Position numbers and translations under genes: made by a program. The notes under the pieces are model-generated. The model was not told where the DNA came from, did no database searches, and saw only the letters and a program-made list of their open reading frames with translations. A DNA stretch of 55,068 nt, taken from positions 103,844,976-103,900,043 of the forward strand of contig NC_068982.1 in assembly GCF_001194135.2 (NCBI RefSeq). The letters run 5' to 3'. This document shows positions 39,201-51,461 of the stretch, piece by piece (the stretch's first letter is position 1; each line of letters starts with the position of its first letter). The stretch is from Octopus bimaculoides. Lineage: Eukaryota.

Positions 39201-42200
39201 TCATACATACACACACACATGCACATATATAAAGATGTATGCATGTGTGTGTGTAAGTATGGAAGTATGTGTGTTTATGTGTGTGTCTATATGTTTGTAT
39301 GTGGAGGCGCAATGGATTTTACCACTTCTGAGGTTCCACTTGCCATGAAGCATATGTAGCCCAGATTTTTTCTACTCCATTCCATAAATCTTATATTCTT
39401 TTTTGCACACTCAACAACCCTCGTTGCCTACTGTGGNNNNNNNNNNNNNNNNNNNNNNNNNNNNNNNNNNNNNNNNNNNNNNNNNNNNNNNNNNNNNNNN
39501 NNNNNNNNNNNNNNNNNNNNNNNNNNNNNNNNNNNNNNNNNNNNNNNNNNNNNNNNNNNNNAATAAAACACTATTTGTATCCAGTGGTTAGGGCAGCGGA
39601 CTCGCAGTCATAGGATCGCGGTTTCGATTTCCAGACCGGGCCTTGTGAGTGTTTATTGAGCGAAAACACCTAAAGCTCCATGAGGCTCCGGCAGGGGATG
39701 GTGGCGAACCCTGCTGTACTCTTTCACCACAACTTTCTCTCACTCTTTCTTCCTGTTTCTGTTGTACCTGTAATTCAAAGGGTCAGCCTTGTCACACTGT
39801 GTCACGCTGAATATCCCTGAGAACTACGTTAAGGGTACACGTGTCTGTGGAGTGCTCAGCCACTTGCTCGTTAATTTCACGAGCAGGCTGTTCCGTTGAT
39901 CGGATCAACTGGAACCCTTGACGTCGTAAGCGACAGAGTGCCAACTATATGTTTGTGTGTATAATGAATGAAAATTGCATCCAAATGTGTTCATTAGCAG
40001 ATATACTCATCCCTGCACCACTTAAAGTTTAATAGGAATAAGAGCAAGTAATAAAGGAATAAATAATGTCTGGTCATTGAGCGACCAATGGTTCAGATCC
40101 ATGAAGACCACAGCTTCATGGACGACTCCTCAGACTCTTGTCTGGAGACAAATTTTACTCTTCATCTCTTGGAGGTGGAAAGTTATGATTATTGGTAAAA
40201 TGGTAATCAGAGAATAAAAGGTCTGGCGATATTCTCTGATGACCATTTGACCAATGACTGTAACAACTTTCCACCTCCAAGAGGTGAAGAGTAAAATTTG
40301 TGTTTGGACTAGAATCATCCACGAGGCTGCAGCCTTCATGAATGCGAAACCATTGATCACTCTATGATCAGACTTTAACTTCATTGCTTTAATACTTAAC
40401 TGCTCTATACTTTAGAGTGTGTTTCTTATTCAGTTATATGATACATTGACAAAATATATATATATATACATACGAACAGCCATGCTACATGGCAATGAAA
40501 TATGGGCTGTGACTGCTGCGGACATGTGTAACCTTGCAAGGAATGAAGCCAGTATGCTCCAATGGATGAGTAATGTCAGTGTGCATACTCGACAGAGTGT
40601 AAGTACCTTGAGAGAAAAGTTGAACCTAAGAAGCATCAGTTGTGGTGTGCAAGAGAGACAATTGCGCTGGTATGGTCACATGGCAAGAATGGATGAGGAT
40701 AGCTGTGTGAAAAAGTGCCACACCCTAGCGGTTGAGGGAACCTGTGGAAGGGGCAGACCCAGGAAGACCTGGGATGAGGTAGTGAAGCCTGACCTCCGAA
40801 CATTAGGCCTCACCAAAGCAATGACTTCTGACCGAGACCTTCGGAAATATGCTGTGCGTGAGAAGACCCGGCAAGCCAAGTGAGACCAAAATCCAAGGCC
40901 TCTGCCAGGGATGTAGCCAACCCACTTATTCTATATGTGATGGTGTATTAATGTATGGTCAGAGGGTGGTCATACCACAGACATTACAGAAGAGAATGCA
41001 TGCTAAGAGTCCCATGTGGTACACCCAGGCATCTCTAGAATGAAAGCGTTGATGTGAAGTTTTGTATACTAGTCAAGTATGGACAGGGAAGTTGAAAACC
41101 TGGTAAAAGGCTGCAGAATATGCATGCTGGTAGCGAAACTACCAACTACAAAATATGAGCCTTGGCTGGAAGTGGAAATACCATGGTCTCGATTGCATAT
41201 TGATTTTGCAGGCTGAATAAATGGATATTATTACTTTATAGTAGTGGACAGCTATGCAAAATGACCTGAGGTTGTGAGGTGTAAACGACCAACCTCATAT
41301 ACGGTAGTAAACTCTTTACATAAGCTGTTTGCAAGATTTGGTGCACCGGATATAATTGCCTCTGATAACAGAACACAGTTTGTATCCTGTGAGTTTAAAA
41401 GATTTTGCAAGATGTTAATGTTAGAACATAAAATTATAGCACTGTATCACCCAAGATTGAATGGAAAAGCTGATCGATTTATGGACACTTTTAAGAGAGC
41501 TTTGGATGAGGTCATAATCCAACAGTTCTTAAGGGTATACAGGGTAACTCCAAACCCAAATGCACCAGAAGGAAGTTCACCAGCAGAATTAATGTTTGCC
41601 AGAACGGTGAAGTTAGTATTTGATAAGCTTTTACCAGTGAAGAAAATAACATGTGCAAGTAAAGACATGCCAAAATTCTTTAGAATCGGAGTTAAGATAT
41701 ATGTAAAAATGTACAAAAATGGCAAGCAATACTGGGAAAAAGGAAAAATTGTAACATATGTAGGAAGAATGATGTATGGTGTAAGAAGAAGAACTGGAAT
41801 GGAAAAGAGACATAGAAATCAGCTTAAGGAAAGAGTCATACAAAAGGAACCAACAAGAGTAGAAATACTGATGGACTGGCTATATGACACTTTTCAGGTT
41901 CCGACACTGTTACAGGAAGTTGAAACCACACATACAAGGAAAAGGAAGAATAGTAAATTCCTAAAAGTAGACTTTAAAAAGAAAAGATATTGAGTATATA
42001 TAAAAAAAAGGAGGAGGGTGAATAAAGGAAATTGATTGTTAAATAAAATAATTAAAAGGTGAGACGTTGTATAGTGAAACTGTATACCCCTTCCCAATAA
42101 AAAGTGGTAGGAGTCACCCATTATAAATAGACCAGTAGCTGGTTTTCAAGAGAGGATCAAGAGTTGAAAGTCAACAGTTCTAGTCAGTGTCTTGTGGAGT

Positions 42201-45200
42201 TATCAGTGATAGTAAGACAGAAGAAGTTAGTGTATTACTATTCCGGTATAAAGAGATACAACAGTATCCGATGACTAGTAACTATTGTGGCTACTAGTAT
42301 AAAACAGCAACTACAATACAACGACAGTCACACATCTCACCTGTGGGAGGAACCCACTTTACAACAGTTTTTAAAAAATTTATTTGTATTAAATCTTAAC
42401 TACAAACTATGATACAAATAAATTAGCTATACATCCTCAACTATCCATTTTCTTACCTTATATATATATATATATGCACACATACACACATTCACAGACA
42501 CACTCATGCATACATGCACACACACACACGCATGCACACATGCACACACAATGCTTTCCAGTTAAGATAATTACCTCTTCGGCAGAAGTAGTGTGCTCTC
42601 TGGAACTTCTAGAACTTTTTTTCTATATAATAGAAAAAAATTCTGTTTGTATTAACATAAAAAGTATATATCATGAAAACAAATTATGCAACATAAAAGT
42701 TACTTAAAATCATTTACTTATGATGTCTTGACTTTGTTTAAATAAGGATGAGTGATATACATACAAATACAAACAGACACACACATATATACATCTACAA
42801 ATTTCAATGGGTTTTTGTACTGAAGTTGTGTGTTTACACAAATAATAAACCGGAGTATTCTTCTCAATGGGTAATTATTACTGTTCACAGCGGTGAACAT
42901 AGGAACAATGAATATAACTACACCAATATGAATAATGCCATGTTAGACAAGGTTGCTGAAAAAAAGCATTTCAATATAAATATACCATGATAACCAAAGG
43001 TACAGAATCAGGAGCAATTCAAATTACCAGAATGCAATTTCAGTTATTCAGGATAACCCATACAGGAATACAACCATTCAAGTCATGTTTCCTTAATGAA
43101 TGTTTTCTAAAAACATACGTGTACAGAGCTAAAATAACTTCCACATATGGTATCGAAAAGAATTACATAGGAATTATGGAGTACAAGTTTAAAACCAGGA
43201 GTACACAACATATTCACACTTTCACATTCCGATTTAAAAATGATTCCACTTTTTTCCTTTAATGCAACCTAAAACTGGATATTGTATATTGTTGAGATTA
43301 CAACTTAAGTCTGACCAAGAAATTAAACTGATGGAACCTCTCAAGCACTAGCTGTAGCTGCCTAAATAATATAGCCTCCACAACTCTCTCAATAATAAGT
43401 CTTAGAAATATCCCACTATCCCAATAAGCTGAATGCAGTTGTAGAAATGTAATAAACTGATATCTCAATGGAAAATGTCTACCAATGGTCTTAATATATG
43501 AATGATATCAAAATAGTAGATAGCATAGGAATGACATACACTGGACTAGCAATTAACCCTTTTAGAATCAGGTAAGCATGGCACACATATTCTTTTAAAT
43601 ACAGAGAGAGAATCGAGTCAACATCAATGTTACAATATATCTGGAAGGTCAAATTTGAAGACCACCAAATTAATAAAATATATTATTGTTAAAAAACTTA
43701 GGTTATGCTCAAATAGAAGTAAGAAAGCAACATTTTGTATGGTATAAAAACATTGTACATTAATAACTATAGATAACACATTAGCAAGAAAAGATATGAC
43801 ATTTTTACTATATATACTGATAATGACAATATCTTAAAAAAGAATTTGAAATAGAGCGTGAATAAGAGGGGTTATTTCCATCAAATTTTTTATGTAAATC
43901 TGAAACTTAAAACCCAAGATCCTGACATCAACTGTAAACTGCTACAGAAAGAGTGATATTGGTTGGCTCAGCTTGAGAAGGGAGGAAGGAGAAAAAGGCT
44001 TGAGATCAATGCAAGCAGCCTTTAAATGTCATATAGTATTTCTCACTTAGCACCAGCTAAACAACAGTAGCAAAAATAAATACATAAACTTAGTGCTAAA
44101 AAGTGAAGAGAGAAAAATCCTACATATCAGCAGTGAGCTCCTCTGAAAGTAATCTCTTTCTTATTTCTTTATTGCCCACAAGGGACTAAACATAGAGGGG
44201 ACAAACAAGGACAGACAAAGGGATCAAGTCGATTGCATCGACCCCAGTGCATTACTGGTACTTAATTTATCGACCCCGAAAGGATGAAAGGCAAAGTCAA
44301 CCTCAGTGGAATTTGAACTCAGAACGTAATGACAGATGAAATACTGCTAAGCATTTCGCCCGGAGTGCTAACGTTTCTGCCAGCTCGCCGCCTCTGAAAG
44401 TAATCTCTTTCTGATGGATACAAACCCAGAATAGCAAGGCTATCATACCTCAAAGAAGACCTGGATGTGAAATTCTCAACATACCAATAAAAGACTATGT
44501 TTTCCAAAGTATGTTTTCCAAAAAGAGTATGTTTTCCAAAAAGAGTATGTTTTCCAAAAAGAGTATGTTTTCCAAAGACTTGAAGAGCACATTAATATCG
44601 ACATGAAGTGTAGCCTCTCTTGGATTCATGACACTCCAAAGGCTATGCATTTGCAATCTAAGAATAGGAGTTTAATACAAAATACTTAGCAGACAAAAGA
44701 GACAGTGAAGCCCTTGAAACCCTAAAATGCGATTGAAAATGTAAATTATGTCATATTTCTGTGGAAGACATCACACAGAGGAGGCAGCAGCTCAAACATG
44801 TCTTCAACTTACTATCTCTATATGCAACATGACATCACTAAAACAATTTACAATGTCATTTGCAAAAAAGAGACTGACCTGAAATAAATATAGAGAATCA
44901 TCCTGTTATTGAATACATACACAAACATAAATATATGGAATAATGTTGGAACATTCATTGCTATTGAAAATCTGCCAAATGTAAACATAACCAGCCAGAT
45001 ATTGTTGTTTGGGAAAGAAAAGAAAAATGCATGTGATGTCATGAAAGTCAGATGCCCTACTGATGTAAACCTTCAAAAATCAAAAAGAAAGAGAATAACT
45101 TCAGACAACTAATTTGAAACCTCTAGCTTCTATATCCTGATTTTAAATTCACATTTACACCAATAATAATTGGTACACTTGCTTTTGTGAGTAAATGCAC

Positions 45201-48200
45201 ATGATACTCTGGATAAGTTATGGTTTTCAGATAAAGAAATCAACCAGTTAATTCACTCATTACAAATATAGTTGTGAGTGGAACAGTAAAAGTAGGCAAG
45301 AATTTCCTGGAGTTAAAAACGTAACATTGTTTTTGTTATCTACATTCCTACAATGAGGCTTTGTATCTTTGTTAGAAACCTGTTCCTTTCTCAGATGAAG
45401 ATTTCATATACTTAAAAACAGAACATACATACATTCATACATATATACATAAATACACACATATATGCATGCATATACACACATATACACATACATAAAC
45501 ACACAAAAATAGATGTACATACATTCATACATAGATACATGTATGTATGTATATAAAATCTCTCCTCCAAACAGGTGATTGTGTTTAATATAGTTACCAA
45601 GAAAGAAGTGACTGTGAGGTATTGGGAACGTTCTCGCTTTGGTCTCTATAAGAAAAAAAGAAACAAAATCCATCTCTGATTGTGTTAACATAATTAATAC
45701 ATTTCACAATTTCAAATGATACAGCATAAAAAGATTAATATAAAACTTCTAAAAACGTTTTGAGTTTGTTGAAATCAATCTTGATTGAATGCATGTTATC
45801 ATTTAGTGGTAAAATGCAAAACACTGTTTTATAACAAGGATTACTCTTAGCATTGCAATAAATATATTTTCACTCTACGTTTACAATGAGTACTTTTTCT
45901 TGTTACTAATTCATATATACATCGATTCCTATCGATTGTTTTTTTTATTTTATTATGCAGAGTTTGTGCGCATTTCGAGTCTGAAATGTTTTAATAAGCA
46001 TAAATAATTACAAATGAATATTTTAGGGGTAAGTTATTTTCTTCAAGTAGCTTCTCAGTTTTAACTACGCAACGGAACTAACTGAACCCTATTAATATTT
46101 ACATATTGTGATTTATATGCTTTATAACTTCTACAGCAAATAGTGCAATATGGTGAAGCTTCACAATAATAAAACTATACTCTAGGAACAAGATGAGTTT
46201 GTCATCTGATGACAGTTTGCCTCAAGGTGAGCATCAAAATTAGAGTTATGATGAGTTATCAATTACTGACTGGTGAGTACAGATATGAAAGGAAAAAAAC
46301 CAAGGAAAGTGATCCAAATGGAAGGAAGCTATGGAAAAGGTCTAATAACAAAAATGTGAAAAGGAATGGAGAAGGCAGATCTGAAGACACTGAATCATAC
46401 AAAGATAAACAACAGCCATGACAAATGAAAGTGGAAGTGCATTGCTTAGTGGTTAGGGTACTGGACTCATGATTGTATGATTGTGGCTTCGATTCCTGGA
46501 CTGGGATGCATTGTATTCTTAAGCAAAACACTTCATTTCCTTTTTCTCCAGTCCACTCAGCTGGCTAAAATGAGTAATCCTGTCACAGATGGGTGTAACA
46601 TCCAGGGAGGAATATATGCACCGGAGGGAGTGTGAAACTGGGCCTATACCCCTTTCACAATAATGTAAACTAACTGTGACAAACGGAAAGGTGAATACTG
46701 GAAAAAGTATATCCAATGCACATACACATAGAAAAAACTGATGCGAAAATGATGATAGTGATGATGATGATGATGATAATGATGATGACAGTCATGATGA
46801 TGATGATGTTGAAAATGATGATGATGTTTGGAAGTACTGAAGGTAGAAAAGGTAGCCAATATAGTGTTTATCTATTATTTTGATGCTAAAGACGGAAAAT
46901 GTCAACTGAACTGAAGCTTTAAACATTAAATAGAGCTACAGTAAAACAGTAGTTGATATTGTTAAGGCATATATAATGTTTACAGAGAACAGATTTAGAT
47001 TATGCAGATTCTGGATCACAATCAAATCAACTTCACTGTCACAGTACTTCTGGTGGCTCAACAGTTGGTAGAAATAAATGAGTAGAAATACTGAGGGATT
47101 GGCTATATGACACTTTTCAGGTTCCGACACTGTTACAAGAAGTTGAAACCACACATACAAGGAAAAGGAAGAATAGTAAATTCCTAAAAGTAGACTTTAA
47201 GAAGAAAAGATGTTGAGTATATAAAAAAAAAAAGGAGGAGGGTGAATAAAGGAAATTGATTGTTAAATAAAATAATTAAAAGGTGAGATGTTGTATAGTG
47301 AAATTGTATACCCCTTCCCAATAAAAAGTGGTAGGAGTCACCCATTATAAATAGACCAGTAGCTGGTTTTCAAGAGAGGATCAAGAGCTGAAGAGTTGAA
47401 AGTCGACAGTTCTAGTCAGTGTCTTGTAGAGTTATCAGTGATAGTAAGACAGAAGTTAGTATATTACTATTCCGGTATAAAGAGATACAACAGTATCCGA
47501 TGACTAGTAACTATTGTGGCTACTAGTATAAAACAGCAACTATAATACAACGACAGTCACACATCTCACCAGTGGGAGGAACACACTTTACAACAGTTTA
47601 AAAAAAATTTATTTGTATTTAAATCTTAACTACAAACTATGATACAAATAAATTAGCTATACATCCTCAACTCTCCATCTTATTACCTTATATATATANN
47701 NNNNNNNNNNNNNNNNNNNNNNNNNNNNNNNNNNNNNNNNNNNNNNNNNNNNNNNNNNNNNNNNNNNNNNNNNNNNNNNNNNNNNNNNNNNNNNNNNNNN
47801 NNNNNNNNNNNNNNNNNNNNNNNNNNNNNNNNNNNNNNNNNNNNNNNNNNNNNNNNNNNNNNNNNNNNNNNNNNNNNNNNNNNNNNNNNNNNNNNNNNNN
47901 NNNNNNNNNNTGTATTAACATAAAAAGTATATATCATGAAAACAAATTATGCAACATAAAAGTTACTTAAAAACATTTACTTATGATGTCTTGACTTTGT
48001 TTAAATAAGGATTAGTGATATACATACAAATACAAACAGACACACACATATATACATCTACAAATTTCAATGGGTTTTTGTACTGAAGTTGTGTGTTTAC
48101 ACAAATAATAAACCGGAGTATTCTTCTCAATAGGTAATTATTACTGTTCACAGTGGTGAACATAGCAACAATGAATATAAATCCACCAATATGAATAATG

Positions 48201-48948
48201 CCATGTTAGACAAGGTTGCTGAAAAAAAGCATTTCAATATAAATATACTACGATAACCAAAGGTACGGTACCAGGAGCAATTCAAATTACCAGAATGCAA
48301 TTCCAGTTATTCAGAAAAAATAGAAACAAAATCCATAATGTAAACTAACTGTGACAAATGACAATCAAATCAACTTCACTGTCACAGTACTTCTGGTGGC
48401 TCAACAGTTGGTAAATAAACATACAATAGAATATTGCTAGTAAAGATAGACCACAGGATTCAAATAGTAACATTTATATCAGAGAAAAATCCCCACAAAA
48501 TAATAACATAGAACAGAACTGAACTTGTTATGACAGCCACAGAAAAAAAGAGTTCCTCTTCAATGAATATGAAATATAATGTGATTTCAAGGTTATGGTG
48601 ATAAGTCTTTCCCTTGTAAAAATTTTGATATATTTTTATGAGAAATATGATAACCTTGTTAATATGTTAGATTTAGCAGTTTTATATCTATCACAATACA
48701 TGCATACATATAATACATATATACAAATATATATATGCATGTGTATTTGTGTGGATATTTGCTTCTTAAACCTAGATCAACATGTCCAAGGTAATTACCT
48801 TTACAAATTCTGTTGGCTCATCTTTGCGAGATTTAGGAGTTGGGCTCCTCTGCTGTAAAATTAAATATATAAAAACAGAAACATTATTGCATTAAATTAA
48901 TAAATTGCAGTACAAATCACTTCTAATTTGTTAAAAGAACTCATAAAT

Positions 48949-48998
<50 letters not shown>

Positions 48999-51427
48999 TA
49001 TAATGCAAAAGTCATAGTAGCAACAATGTTTAGTCTCAATATTAGTAAATATAAAACTATACTCTAGGAACAAGATGAGTGTATCATCTGATGAGAGTTT
49101 GCCTCAGGGTGAGCATCAAAATTAGAGTTAAGATGAGTTATCAATTACTGACCGGTGAGTACAGATATGATAGGAGAATAAAAACCAAGACAAGAGATCC
49201 AAATGGAAGGAAGCTATGGAAGAGGTCCCTTGTCAAAAATGTGAACAGAAATGGAGAAGGCAGATCTGAAGACACTGAATCATACAAAGATAAACAACAG
49301 CCATGACAAATGAAAGTGGAAGTGCATTGCTTAGTGGTTAGGATACTGGACTCATGATTGTATGATTGTGGCTTCGATTCCTGGACTGGGATACATTGTA
49401 TTCTTAAGCAAAACACTTCATTTCCTTTTGCTCCAGTCCATTCAGCTGGTTAAAATAAGTAATCCTGTCACAGATGGGTGTAACATCCAGGGAGGAATAT
49501 ATGCACCAGAGAGACTGTGAAACTGGGCCTATGCCCCTTCCACAGTAATGTAAACTAATCGTGACAAATGGAAAGGTGAATACTGGAAAAAGTATATCCA
49601 ATGTACATACACATAGAAAAAACTGATGCGAAAATGATGATAGTGATGATGATGATGATGATAATGACAACGAAAATGATGATGATGTTTGGAAATACTG
49701 GAGGTAGAAAGGGTAGTCAATATAGTGTTTATCTATTATTTTGATGCTAAAGATTCACTCTATCACTACTTTGAACTTTCTACATGTAGTGGTGTGTCTG
49801 CATTGTTTCTCATTGGAATCATCTTTTAATATATATTTATTCATATGTATTTACACCGATAGATTTTTGTATTTATAATACTTGTTGCAGATAAACATTT
49901 TCCTACTAGCCATAGATATTATAAGATATTAAAATGGAATAAATTAATAGTTAAGTGTAGTTTCTTCAAAGGCCTACAGCTAAGAACACTTCAAAGCAAT
50001 CACTTTAGTGCACCAGCAAAAGAACATCATATTCAATGTCTGTATAAACGGTGTACAGAAAAAAAAAAAAGAAAAAAAATTAATGCTTATGTTACAAAAA
50101 TATGTTTAAGGCTCACTAGGTGCACATTAAAAAGAAAGAATACCATCATACATTAATTTCTAGGAATTGGGGGTTATTCAATGTGGTCCATTGAATAATG
50201 CCATGACTAGTTCTGTTTTCTGATATTAAATGACTTGATTATGGAATTATGGTGTATGTATGTTTATGATTTCATGGTCTGCCAAGTCCAAGAATTTATG
50301 GAGTGTAGAGTAAACTGACAAATAATATCCAGTTTTTTTTTGAAGACGTATATCAGTTTGCACTTGCGTTAGATGATGGTTTTGTGTTTCTTTAATGTAA
50401 CATACAGTTTGCATAGAGTGAAGTATTTTACATAGTTTTCAGCATTTAATTGTGATGCTAGTATTTTCACTTTGTTGTTTATTATAATTGATTCTGTTTT
50501 TAAGTGTGCAAGCTCTCTAATTCATCGAAGCTTTTTTTTTTTCTGAAGCCAAATTTATTGTCCATGAGTATGTTTGTACACTTTATACAAAAGATGTCAA
50601 TAACTTTATTCCTTTTATTAAATATTTAGTTTTCTCTAGCAGAGACTTTATAGAAAGCTTTTATTATGTAATTGTTTATTATTCAGGGAGTAATTGAGAG
50701 AATATTACCCCCACATAGTACAAAACAATGTAAAGGTTAGCTATATGTGCCTAGATAGTATAGCCTAAAAAATCCTCCACTAAAACCAGTGCCTCACAAA
50801 GACCACTAACTTCTTCAGTCTGGACACTACTGCAAAAATACAACAAAACGGCCTTTTAATGGAAAATGCCAATTGAACTGTAGCTTTAAACATTATATAG
50901 AGCTACAGTAAAACAGTAGCTGATATTGTTATGGCATATATAATGTTTACAGAGAACAGATTTAAATTCTGCAGATTTGGGGTCACAATCAAATCAACTT
51001 CACTGTCACAGTACTTCTGGCAGCACAACAGTAAATCAATTAACATACAATGGGATATTGTTAGTAAAGATAGACCACAGGATTCAGATAGTAACAGTTA
51101 TACCAGAGAAAAATCCCCATAAAATAATAACATATAAAGTACATCAAAAAGAACTGAACTTGTTATGAAATCCGCAGAAAAAAAAAAAAAAAAGAGTTCC
51201 TCTTCAGCAAATACGAAATATAATGTGTTTTCAATGTTATAATGATAAGTCTTTCATTGTAAAAATTTTGATATACTTTTACAAGGAATATGATGGCCCT
51301 GTTAATATGTTAAATTTAGCAGTTTTATCTATCATGATACATACATACACATACACACACACATACATACATACATACATACATACATACATGCATACAT
51401 AAATACATACATACACACATACATACA

Positions 51428-51461
<34 letters not shown>

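Noticed and set aside
44813-44878. 66-nt phase-0 candidate exon [22 protein letters not shown]
   Set aside because: Good splice sites and frame-neutral, but composition is unlike the flanking repeat exons; left out of the model pending transcript data.
45380-45410. Candidate exon [10 protein letters not shown]
   Set aside because: AAG acceptor, weak donor, and a phase-1 end that conflicts with the chain.
49891-50120. About 75-codon open plus-strand frame after a cag acceptor
   Set aside because: No supported upstream exon or donor and no recognisable domain; antisense to the main gene.
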